From IMG/VR virus record IMGVR_UViG_3300046171_000163, positions 1 through 61,796 of that record: a DNA stretch of 61,796 nucleotides. One strand, written 5' to 3'. This document shows, one piece after another, positions 49,375-58,215 of this stretch; positions within the stretch are counted from its first letter, which is position 1, and each line of letters opens with the position of its first letter. This DNA is from a virus. Its lineage: Duplodnaviria; Caudoviricetes. The position numbers and the translations under genes are program-made. The notes beneath the pieces were generated by a model. That model saw only the letters and a program-made list of their open reading frames with translations, ran no database searches and was not told where the DNA came from.

Positions 49375-50082
49375 TCATACGTTAACAACGAAACCTGTTT
49401 CGTCCTTCTTGCCGCGGCCCTTAGCCAGCAGCCCAATAATGGTCCCCGGGCCGGCATCCGTAAAGCGCGCGTCGTGTTCGTCGCCATCAATAACAGGATA
49501 CCCGCGCCACGTATCAGGCAGCGCATCGCCTGCAAAGACAACGGCCGCGCTGGTGTGCTCCAGTACCTGGTCCACCTTGTGATCGTTATCCTCAGCACGT
49601 GAGAAAGTTAAATGATAGTTGGCCGGCAGCTGGCCCTTGGTGATACGCGTTTCTAATTTTGTGTAGTCATAGAATTGTATATCAGGAAACAGCTCCATAA
49701 TATTTTTACCAGTGTCGCGAACCTTATATTTTTCATACGGTAGGTCGCTGGTGCCGTTAAGCCTAACGGCTGCCTTCATGCCCTTAGCTTTTGCCTTACG
49801 GCGCAGCGCGCTTATCTCTATCACCAGGTCCCAGAGAAACTGCTGGCGGTCCTCAAAGAATCTATTCGTCTTCTTGAGTCGCGCAGCCTGTACAACGTTC
49901 ATTGCTCCCCGGCCCGCTGTGTTCAGGCATGCAGCCGCGCAGCCTGTGCTGGCGTTAGGACATACGTTCTTGCCGCTCAGGTTATACGGGGCCATATAAA
50001 GAATGCCTGTGAGCACGCCTATTTTCTCCGATTTGATTGTCTTATAACTGGTGCCTACGCCCAGCAGCTTTTGCTTTTTCAT
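49375..50082 (-). CDS. GP88-like protein (Cys-cluster, radical-SAM-like)
   Basis: CP.AS.GC...CL..AGRG, VRLNGTSD, FYDYTK, NYHLTFS, IDGD..D.RF.D. Confidence 0.7.
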   Translation of the reverse strand: MKKQKLLGVGTSYKTIKSEKIGVLTGILYMAPYNLSGKNVCPNASTGCAAACLNTAGRGAMNVVQAARLKKTNRFFEDRQQFLWDLVIEISALRRKAKAKGMKAAVRLNGTSDLPYEKYKVRDTGKNIMELFPDIQFYDYTKLETRITKGQLPANYHLTFSRAEDNDHKVDQVLEHTSAAVVFAGDALPDTWRGYPVIDGDEHDARFTDAGPGTIIGLLAKGRGKKDETGFVVNV

Positions 50083-50311
50083 AAATTATCCTTTCTATTA
50101 TTTATATCTTATTATCATATATTATATATTTGTCAAGCCTGAGCCCTTGCGCGCTTGCGCTTTTTTATAGGCTTGCTGCCTGTGCCTTGTGCCTTGCTTG
50201 CGCTTCTCAGCTTGCTGCAGCCAGTACGGGTTGACAGTGCCGCGGACGCCGTTCCGCGCAGCAGGTGCCGCGGGCTCAGCCCGCAGCATCCTGCTATTAT
50301 ACGTTGATCTA

Positions 50312-50752
50312 TTAGTCAATGATCGAGGCCACCTTATCCGCGGCTGCAAATATCTCTGCATCTTCAGCGTGAACCAGTGGCTGGCCGTGGAAGTCCGGGG
50401 TCCAGTTTTTATCAAGCTTAAGGCGCGGCGGGAAGACAACGGCCACGTCGCCTGCCAGTCTAGGATCAGGCATTTGCGCGCCGTATTTATTCTTAAACAG
50501 GTGCCAACGTAAGTGGCTGGCGCGGTGATTAATCTTAGCATCCGCCTTCAGCAATGCCTCTTCATCACAGAACAGGTCCACGTTAACGGCCTGGCCATCT
50601 GACTGGACCCAGCGGCCCTGAGCTATTTCAATCATTGATGCATTGATCAACGGGTAGATCTTATCAAAAGCGGGGCCGCCTGTACCATCGATATGATGGA
50701 TCTCAGCTGGTGAGTCATCCGCTTTTAATATCATTACGCTATAAGTTTTCAT
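50312..50752 (-). CDS. DUF3846-like protein
   Basis: P....I...I....IE...CDEE.L.K....N.RA...L.G.V.V. Confidence 0.5.
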   Translation of the reverse strand: MKTYSVMILKADDSPAEIHHIDGTGGPAFDKIYPLINASMIEIAQGRWVQSDGQAVNVDLFCDEEALLKADAKINHRASHLRWHLFKNKYGAQMPDPRLAGDVAVVFPPRLKLDKNWTPDFHGQPLVHAEDAEIFAAADKVASIID

Positions 50753-50820
50753 AAGTATCCTTTCTGTTTATAATTATCACATTATCATATATTCCTGACA
50801 TAATGTCAATGAATCTTTTC

Positions 50821-50880
50821 TGTGGATAAGTCAAAATAAAACTTGACAAATCGCTTGCGGGCTTGAGGGCCCACCCTCCC
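50821..50880. promoter_or_regulatory. Repeat unit: DnaA-box consensus + TTGACA + GGGCCCACCC
   Basis: TGTGGATAA 50821-50829, TTGACA 50843-50848, GGGCCCACCC 50867-50876. Confidence 0.6.
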
Positions 50881-51061
50881 TGAATATTTATACTTTAGAA
50901 TAATTCTAAAGTGTACGGGTGAGAGCCCTTGTACGCCATTATCTAGGATTGGTTATATATCTGACGCCTAGAATTAAAGACAGATACTTTTAGCACTCGG
51001 TAGCTCTCATAGTTTATACTTGGACTTACAGATATACCTACCATGCCAAGTATTAGAAGTA

Positions 51062-52018
51062 TTAATTTACCAATGCAAAACCTTGCGTTGGCACAGCAAC
51101 TTCAACTTCTTTTGGTTGCTGTTCTCTAGCAGATTGTCTTACTGCTAGTGAATGTCTTAGTCTTTCTTTTGTATCGTCTGATACAATAGATAACTCTCTT
51201 GATAGATCACTTGTTTCAAACGAAACACAATCCTCGACATCTTGCCAATACTCTTTGACATCAGACAAGAACTTAGCTTGGTCAATGATACTGTTCATAT
51301 CTTTGATTAACTCGTATTTCATTTGCCACAACTCTCGGTGTGCATTTGTCAAACTACTTTGAGCCTTTGCATACATCTTAAGCTGTTCCCAATGGTGTTC
51401 TTCACACATCATGGTACGAGAATGACAGCCACCCGTATTCGGTACGATACGACTGAAAGCAGAAATGTCATCACTATAATCTCTACCTCCTCTATGATAG
51501 CCATGTTTATTCCACAAGCCACGATCAAGACTTGTTGATACTTTTGACAAATCTTCTTCCATAGCTTTTGTCTTTTCGTGGTAGTGAGGGTTGCGATCTC
51601 TACTTGTCTCACTATACTCAACTTCTAGTGTCGCTTGGTGTCCTTTCTCTTGCAACTCGAAGTGATACAATGCTAGCATTTCATCATCACTAATAGTCCA
51701 CTTGTATTGGCTTTCACTACTATCTGTATGTGTCGGCTTAAAATAAAAGCATTGATCTATTTCTGTGAATGATCTGTAATGATTGCTACCTCTATCGTAC
51801 TTGGCTAATACTTGCATATCCTCTAGTGGAAACTTATTATCCATTATAGGGGTGATTACATTATCCCAAGTTTGTTGTTTTATTGTTCTGTAATTTTCTA
51901 TGGCAAGTTTTAGATTGTCCTCAACTTCCATAGGTGTCTTATTCCAAACAGTCGAAGCCCACTCTCTTTTGAGTAGCTGTCGTTTCTGTTGGTTTAGTCT
52001 TAGTTTATTAGCTTCCAT
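51062..52018 (-). CDS. Hypothetical early protein
   Basis: 318 aa with AGAAAGGATAAT RBS. Confidence 0.6.
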   Translation of the reverse strand: MEANKLRLNQQKRQLLKREWASTVWNKTPMEVEDNLKLAIENYRTIKQQTWDNVITPIMDNKFPLEDMQVLAKYDRGSNHYRSFTEIDQCFYFKPTHTDSSESQYKWTISDDEMLALYHFELQEKGHQATLEVEYSETSRDRNPHYHEKTKAMEEDLSKVSTSLDRGLWNKHGYHRGGRDYSDDISAFSRIVPNTGGCHSRTMMCEEHHWEQLKMYAKAQSSLTNAHRELWQMKYELIKDMNSIIDQAKFLSDVKEYWQDVEDCVSFETSDLSRELSIVSDDTKERLRHSLAVRQSAREQQPKEVEVAVPTQGFALVN

Positions 52019-52021
52019 ATA

Positions 52022-52276
52022 TTATCCTTTCTCTTGGTTGCTATTATCTTCTATCACATTATGTGATATGTTGTCAATTAAATTAGAGAACTCTCGAGAG
52101 TATCTTGCAATCCACTCTTTCATACAGCTTTGTGAATGAAAGTGCTTGTGGATTGGCTCCACTTCATATCGTGTTGGATAATCTGTGTAAGAATAATCAT
52201 CTTGAGGATATGCTGAGTATGACTTGGGGTAAAACTTCTTACCACAAGTCACACAGTACCTTGCGTTCTTACTCAT
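52022..52276 (-). CDS. Small Zn-binding protein (TRASH-like)
   Basis: YCVTCGKKF...FHSQSC. Confidence 0.45.
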   Translation of the reverse strand: MSKNARYCVTCGKKFYPKSYSAYPQDDYSYTDYPTRYEVEPIHKHFHSQSCMKEWIARYSREFSNLIDNISHNVIEDNSNQEKG

Positions 52277-52374
52277 ATTCCAAAAAACACACTAGCTATC
52301 ATGCGTACTGGAAAATAGATGAAAGCACAAAATAGAAAAATGGCTAGCCAGCCATTACTACTAAAATATCTCAT
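52273..52374 (-). CDS. Tiny membrane peptide (33 aa)
   Basis: MRYFSSNGWLAIFLFCAFIYFPVRMIASVFFGI; coupled on both sides. Confidence 0.35.
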   Translation of the reverse strand: MRYFSSNGWLAIFLFCAFIYFPVRMIASVFFGI

Positions 52375-52691
52375 TAGTTCATTACCTCCATTGTATTAGG
52401 TATCATAGCCTCGATATGTTCTATATCGGTTGCAGTTCTATAACCTTTGATTTGATCGTTGTTATCTAAGCATACAAAACATACTGCAACTTTGCCTTGC
52501 TTAGTTTCCCACACTCTACATTTTTCATCAAAGAAGCCCTTGCGTATTATAATATCCTCTTTGCCATTATGAAAAAAATGTATCTTGAATTGTGTTGCCT
52601 TGCTTAGTTCTGTTTGAATCCACTCCAAAGCTATTGGCTTGTCCTCTTTGTCTAAGATAGAATATATCTCATCATATCTTTTATCTAACAT
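52374..52691 (-). CDS. Hypothetical early protein
   Basis: F.I.F....K..II.R.G.....C..W.TK.G......D.....YRTA. Confidence 0.55.
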   Translation of the reverse strand: MLDKRYDEIYSILDKEDKPIALEWIQTELSKATQFKIHFFHNGKEDIIIRKGFFDEKCRVWETKQGKVAVCFVCLDNNDQIKGYRTATDIEHIEAMIPNTMEVMN

Positions 52692-52752
52692 TTATTATCC
52701 TTTCTATTGGTTATGGGAACATATCATATAGATATGTTCCCAATCGTCAAGA

Positions 52753-52962
52753 TTAATTAACCAACTCGACTATTTGAAAAACAGTATTTGTGCTTGGCGT
52801 ATAATCTTCGTCATACTGCCTTTCTGTTTTAATTTCTTCTTCTAGTGCGTTCTCTTTGACTAACTTCATAGCCTTGACAACTTCTATTTTAGGTGTTTGA
52901 AATACTACATCTACACCCCACTCAATACTTTTGTATTGATCTATTTTTAAAAGTGCGTACAT
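52753..52962 (-). CDS. Hypothetical early protein
   Basis: GGGGAGGG RBS before MYALLKID; longer ORF-track start overlaps the next gene. Confidence 0.45.
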   Translation of the reverse strand: MYALLKIDQYKSIEWGVDVVFQTPKIEVVKAMKLVKENALEEEIKTERQYDEDYTPSTNTVFQIVELVN

Positions 52963-52963
52963 A

Positions 52964-53134
52964 TTAGCCCTCCCCTTGTGCTTCTTGGAACTGCTCAAAC
53001 CTTGCTTCTGCTTGTTCCCATTGTAATTGGTCATCTTCATCTTGAGTAATGCAATCTAAACAGACATCACCACTCTCAACTTGTGCAATATAATCGTGTG
53101 TTGTATTGCAATCACATCTTATACATTTAATCAT
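52964..53134 (-). CDS. Small Zn-finger protein (56 aa, absent from ORF track)
   Basis: MIKCIRCDC...VCLDC then acidic tail. Confidence 0.5.
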   Translation of the reverse strand: MIKCIRCDCNTTHDYIAQVESGDVCLDCITQDEDDQLQWEQAEARFEQFQEAQGEG

Positions 53135-53214
53135 CTTTATACTTTCTGTTAGTTAATTAATAATATCTTATCTCATATTATCATATAATAATCAAGTATT
53201 AATTTATTTTTTTC

Positions 53215-53408
53215 TGTGGATAACTTTATTTTTTTATTGACATATCTTGTGTCCCTTGTGGGCCCACCCACCACATGTAGGTTGCATAAATGTCACTGTG
53301 GATAACTTTTTTTATTTGTGTCGTTTTTTTCTTGACACAAGATCTTGTGCCCTTGCGGGCCCACCCACCCCATATGTAGTATGTGCTTGAGCACTGAGGG
53401 GCCCACCC
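53215..53408. promoter_or_regulatory. Two tandem units of DnaA box + TTGACA + NrdR-box-like pair + GGGCCCACCC
   Basis: TGTGGATAA at 53215 and 53297; 16-mers at 53237/53268 and 53335/53367; GGGCCCACCC at 53260, 53357, 53399. Confidence 0.6.
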
Positions 53409-53596
53409 ACCCCGCCAATAGAGGTACCATGTCAGATTCTGAGCTAGAAAGTCATGACCCCCACCCCACCCGGATTCTGTCAGAAAGGGATCCTATATGT
53501 TGATATATAGTTTGATTTGTAAATAGATATGGGCTAAAATCATTTTCACTTTGCTAGAAACAAAAAGGTGCAAAATTTTTTATAAATTTTTTTCAA

Positions 53597-55063
53597 ATGC
53601 TAACCCCAGAACAAGTTAAACAATTACCGCCTGATACCAGGAAAGAATATCTTAAGACAATGCTTCTTCTTGAAGAGAAAAAGAAGGAACAAAATATTAG
53701 AGATGATTTCTTAACTTTTGTAAAACATCTATGGCCAGATTTTATTGAAGGTGATCATCATAAAATTATGGCAGAAAAATTTAATCAGGTTGCTAATGGT
53801 GATCTAAAAAGATTAATTATTAATATGGCGCCAAGACATACTAAGTCTGAGTTTGCATCCAACTTTCTACCTGCATGGATGATTGGAAACAATCCTAAGT
53901 TAAAAATAATCCAAGCCACGAACAACGCTGAGTTAGCCGTGAGGTTTGGTCGTAAGGCTAAAGGTCTTATGGAGCAGGCAGAGTACCAAGAGATATTTGA
54001 CACTAGACTTAAAGAAGATTCAAAAGCCGCCGGTAAATGGGAAACGGACCAGGGCGGAGAATATTATGCCGCGGGTGTTGGTGGATCAATCACGGGCCGT
54101 GGAGCGGACTTACTTATTATTGATGACCCACATTCCGAACAGGACGCAATGAACATGGCCAGTTATGATAGAGTTTATGAGTGGTACACATCTGGACCTC
54201 GTCAGAGGTTACAACCTGGCGGCAGAATAATAGTAGTGATGACTCGTTGGAATGTTGCTGATTTAACCGGTAAGCTGATAAAAGGACAAGCAGAACCAAA
54301 AGCAGACCAATGGGAAGTAATCGAGTTCCCAGCAATACTTCCAAGCGGGAAACCGGTTTGGCCTGGTTATTGGAAGCTAGAAGAGCTTGAAGCGGTAAAA
54401 GCATCCGTGAGTATACTAAAATGGAACGCACAATACCAACAAAATCCGACAGCAGCAGAAGGTAGTATTATCAAAAGGGATTGGTGGCAATTGTATGATA
54501 AGCCAGAACCACCGGCACTATTACATGTAATTCAGTCTTATGATACGGCGTTTATGAAAAAAGAAACGGCTGACTACAGCGCCATTACGACTTGGGGAGT
54601 TTTTCATCCAAATGAAGGCGACGCACCTAATTTAATATTATTGGACATGGTCAAGGATAGATACGAGTTTCCAGAGTTACGTAAGAAAGCTAAAGAACAA
54701 TATGACTACTGGAAGCCCGAAACGGTGATCGTGGAGGCTAAAGCTTCAGGCTTGCCTTTAACGTACGAATTACGTAAACTAGGGATACCAGTTATTAACT
54801 TTACACCGAGTAAAGGAAATGATAAACATACAAGGATAAACTCTGTAGCTCCTTTGTTTGAGGCTGGAATGATTTGGGCACCAGACAAAAAGTTTGCAGA
54901 AGAGGTTATTGAGGAATGCGCTGCATTTCCATTAGGTGAACATGACGACTTAGTGGATAGTATGACTCAAGCCGTAATGAGATTTAGACAAGGTGGCTTT
55001 GTCGAGCATCCCGATGATTACGAGGATGAACCATTGCCGGAACACGCGAGGACGTACTATTAA
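53597..55063 (+). CDS. terL: Terminase large subunit
   Basis: RLIINM.PRHTKS, ITGRGADL.IIDDP, MTRW, QYQQ.P, S.DTA, E.KASG, FP...HDD.VD. Confidence 0.95.
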   Translation: MLTPEQVKQLPPDTRKEYLKTMLLLEEKKKEQNIRDDFLTFVKHLWPDFIEGDHHKIMAEKFNQVANGDLKRLIINMAPRHTKSEFASNFLPAWMIGNNPKLKIIQATNNAELAVRFGRKAKGLMEQAEYQEIFDTRLKEDSKAAGKWETDQGGEYYAAGVGGSITGRGADLLIIDDPHSEQDAMNMASYDRVYEWYTSGPRQRLQPGGRIIVVMTRWNVADLTGKLIKGQAEPKADQWEVIEFPAILPSGKPVWPGYWKLEELEAVKASVSILKWNAQYQQNPTAAEGSIIKRDWWQLYDKPEPPALLHVIQSYDTAFMKKETADYSAITTWGVFHPNEGDAPNLILLDMVKDRYEFPELRKKAKEQYDYWKPETVIVEAKASGLPLTYELRKLGIPVINFTPSKGNDKHTRINSVAPLFEAGMIWAPDKKFAEEVIEECAAFPLGEHDDLVDSMTQAVMRFRQGGFVEHPDDYEDEPLPEHARTYY

Positions 55064-55707
55064 TGAGTATTGCAAATTTAACAAAATTCGACCCTGCTAA
55101 GAATACTTTTTCTTTTGATTCGACTTTACAGTCTGGAATCTTAAATTCAATGAACCAAAGTCAAGATCCGATAAATTCTACTTTTATACCTTTTCCTGAA
55201 ATTAATCCTTTTCCTGAAATTGGTGTACCTCCTCCATTCGGTGGTGGTGGCGGTGATGGTAACCCCTATAGAGAGCAAGACAATCCAGTAACTGGAGAAA
55301 TTAATATGGACAACATTAGAAGCTTCTTTGGTTTTAATCAAGCTGCAGAAGGAGAAGAGGGAGAAGAAGGAGAAGATGGATTTAGCTTTGATGGTATTAT
55401 GAATGCGTTTAGAACTTTTAGCCCAGTTAATTTTGCAATTAGAAATATAGTTTCTCCAGTGGTTGATAAGATAAACGAAACCTACGAAGCATATAGAGAA
55501 AGACAAAGACAAGCTTCAATAGCTGAAGGAGCAACTTCAGCTGCAACTAATGCGAACAGAACAGCACAACAGTCACAACACGACAAACTTGCGGACGCAT
55601 TTAATGATCGTACAGGGGGTGGTAATCATGGGAGTACTGGTACTAGTGGCGGTCCATCAGCAGGTCCAGGAGCTAACGCAACAGGTAATGGTAACGGCCT
55701 AGCATAA
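55063..55707 (+). CDS. Hypothetical low-complexity protein between terL and portal
   Basis: Pro/Gly- and Glu/Gly-rich segments, Gly-rich tail. Confidence 0.45.
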   Translation: MSIANLTKFDPAKNTFSFDSTLQSGILNSMNQSQDPINSTFIPFPEINPFPEIGVPPPFGGGGGDGNPYREQDNPVTGEINMDNIRSFFGFNQAAEGEEGEEGEDGFSFDGIMNAFRTFSPVNFAIRNIVSPVVDKINETYEAYRERQRQASIAEGATSAATNANRTAQQSQHDKLADAFNDRTGGGNHGSTGTSGGPSAGPGANATGNGNGLA

Positions 55708-55724
55708 TTTAACGAGGTAATAAT

Positions 55725-58214
55725 ATGGCAATAGATAAAGTAAGCGATTTAACAAAAACAACTAACGTAATTGACGAGTCAGTTGAAGTAGCAATACAGG
55801 AACGTGAAGCAAATGATCCGACAGAAGTAAATGTTGAGATGATGGATGACGGCGGTGCAGAAATAGATTTTGATCCACAAGCAGAACAGTTTCAAAGTGG
55901 TCAAGATTTTGACACTAACTTAGTTGAGTTTTTAGATGAGGATGTATTAATAGAAGTTGCATCTGATCTTGAAGATTCTTATGAAGATTTTAAATCAGGT
56001 AGATCTGATTGGGAAGACACTTACACCAAAGGTTTAGAGCTTTTAGGTTTTAAATATGAAAATAGATCAGAACCATTCCAGGGCGCAAGTGGTGCAACTC
56101 ACCCTGTACTAGCTGAAGCTGTTACACAGTTTCAGGCTTTAGCTTATAAAGAATTACTTCCAGCACAAGGGCCGGTCAGAACTCAAATTATTGGTGCGCA
56201 CAATCCAGATTCAGAAAAACAATCTGCACGTGTAAAAGATTTTATGAATTATCAGCTTATGGTAAATATGAAAGAGTACGAGCCTGAGTTTGATCAGATG
56301 TTATTTAATTTACCTTTAGCAGGATCAACATTTAAAAAAGTTTATTACGATTCTGTTTTGAATAGATGTGTTTCTAAATTTGTACCTGCAGAAGATTTGT
56401 ATGTTAGTTACAATGCAACTTCTCTAGAAGATACTGATGTAATTATTCACAAAATAAAAATATCACAAAACGATTTACGTAAACAACAACTGACAGGTTT
56501 TTATGCAGACATAGAACTAAGTGAAGATAGTTACGAGGCAGACGAAGTTACCGATACTAAAGATGATATATCTGGTGTTGAAAGAACTGCAAAAAGCGAC
56601 GTGCACACTTTATTAGAATGCCATATTGAATTAGACCTAGAAGGTTTTGAAGACAAAGATGAGCAAGGTGAAGAAACAGGATTGAAGTTACCTTACATTG
56701 TAACTATTCACCATGACTCAAGTAAAGTTTTATCAGTTAGAAGAGCGTACGCGGTCGATGATCCGTTACGCAAGAAGAAAGAATATTTTGTACACTTTAA
56801 GTTTTTACCAGGACTAGGCTTCTATGGATTCGGCCTTATCCACATGATCGGCGGACTGTCACGAACTGCAACTGCAGCATTGAGACAGCTTCTTGACGCC
56901 GGCACCTTGTCAAACTTACCGGCCGGATTCAAACAAAGAGGTATTAGAGTCAGAGACGAAGCTCAACCGTTGCAGCCGGGAGAGTTCCGTGATGTCGATG
57001 CGCCTGGTGGAAATCTTCGTGACGCATTCATGCCGTTACCATTTAAAGACCCAAGTGCCACGCTCCTACAACTAATGGGAGTTGTTGTCCAAGCAGGTCA
57101 ACGTTTCGCGTCCATTGCAGATATGCAAGTGGGTGACGGAAATCAATCGGCAGCCGTGGGTACAACTATGGCGCTCTTGGAACGTGGATCGCGGGTCATG
57201 TCTGCTATTCACAAAAGAATTTATGCAGCAATGAAATGCGAGTTTATGTTACTTGCTAAATGTTTTGCAACGTACTTACCAAAAACATATCCATACGATA
57301 TTGTTGGTGGTGCAAGAGAAGTTTTTGCAACTGACTTTGATGACAGAGTCGACATTATACCGGTTGCAGATCCAAACATCTTTTCACAAACACAAAGAAT
57401 TACGATTGCACAAACAGAATTACAAATGGCAATGTCAAATCCGCAAATGCATAATTTGTATCATGCTTATAAACACATGTATGAGGCGTTAGGTGTAAAA
57501 AATATTGACACACTATTGCCGCCACCAATGCAACCAACACCTTTAGACCCTGCAAGTGAAAATATTTTAGCAATGAACGGTAAAAAGTTTCAAGCATTCC
57601 CAAAACAAGATCACCAAGCGCACATGAAAGCGCATTTACAGTTTATGGGGACTACAATTGTACGAAATAATCCAAAAGCAATGGGCTTGTTACAGCAAAA
57701 TTGCATGGAACACATAACTTTGATGGCTGGAGAGCAGATTGAGTTAGAATTTAGCGAAGAAATTACTCAAATGCAGCAAATGGGACAACAATTACAGATG
57801 ATTATGCAACAGGCGGGACCAAATCAAGCTCAAATGCAGCAAAATCCGCAAGTTATGCAACTACAACAGCAAATGCAAAGCATGCAAACTTCAATGGAGG
57901 CTAGAAAATCACAATTAATAGCTGAATTTATGGCAGAGTACGCAGAAGCAGAACGTGAAGTGTTAAATCAGATTGAAAATGATCCATTATTGAAACTTAA
58001 GGACAGAGAAATTGATCTTAGGGCTAAAGAAGAGGCTAGAAAAGAAGAAGAGTCACAAAATGATCTAGCAATGGACAGAGCTAAACTATTACAAGCTCGA
58101 GAGCTAGCAGAAGAGAAAATGGAACAGAACGATGAGCACCAAAAGCTAAGAGCAAGCGTATCATTAGCTAAAAGTGGTATTCAGCAAATGAAAAGTACAA
58201 TAGTAGAGAACTAA
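55725..58214 (+). CDS. Portal protein
   Basis: EPF.GASG..HP.L.EA, GS.FKKVY.D, PGLGFYGFGLIH.IGGL, RQL.DAGTL.NLP; Gln-rich C-terminal barrel. Confidence 0.9.
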   Translation: MAIDKVSDLTKTTNVIDESVEVAIQEREANDPTEVNVEMMDDGGAEIDFDPQAEQFQSGQDFDTNLVEFLDEDVLIEVASDLEDSYEDFKSGRSDWEDTYTKGLELLGFKYENRSEPFQGASGATHPVLAEAVTQFQALAYKELLPAQGPVRTQIIGAHNPDSEKQSARVKDFMNYQLMVNMKEYEPEFDQMLFNLPLAGSTFKKVYYDSVLNRCVSKFVPAEDLYVSYNATSLEDTDVIIHKIKISQNDLRKQQLTGFYADIELSEDSYEADEVTDTKDDISGVERTAKSDVHTLLECHIELDLEGFEDKDEQGEETGLKLPYIVTIHHDSSKVLSVRRAYAVDDPLRKKKEYFVHFKFLPGLGFYGFGLIHMIGGLSRTATAALRQLLDAGTLSNLPAGFKQRGIRVRDEAQPLQPGEFRDVDAPGGNLRDAFMPLPFKDPSATLLQLMGVVVQAGQRFASIADMQVGDGNQSAAVGTTMALLERGSRVMSAIHKRIYAAMKCEFMLLAKCFATYLPKTYPYDIVGGAREVFATDFDDRVDIIPVADPNIFSQTQRITIAQTELQMAMSNPQMHNLYHAYKHMYEALGVKNIDTLLPPPMQPTPLDPASENILAMNGKKFQAFPKQDHQAHMKAHLQFMGTTIVRNNPKAMGLLQQNCMEHITLMAGEQIELEFSEEITQMQQMGQQLQMIMQQAGPNQAQMQQNPQVMQLQQQMQSMQTSMEARKSQLIAEFMAEYAEAEREVLNQIENDPLLKLKDREIDLRAKEEARKEEESQNDLAMDRAKLLQARELAEEKMEQNDEHQKLRASVSLAKSGIQQMKSTIVEN

Positions 58215-58215
58215 T

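Noticed and set aside
50122-50541. Overlapping ORFs 50122-50541 (-), 50189-50512 (+), and nearby 49088-49598 ORFs
   Set aside because: Likely caused by stop-poor GC-rich DNA overlapping better genes; a short real ORF cannot be excluded.
53215-53408. Possible CRISPR mini-array
   Set aside because: Repeats are short, degenerate and irregularly spaced; the Cas4-like gene at 41701 is an ordinary phage exonuclease.
53490-53505. Additional NrdR-like 16-mer ATCCTATATGTTGATA
   Set aside because: Only 10/16 match in AT-rich DNA with no clear partner.
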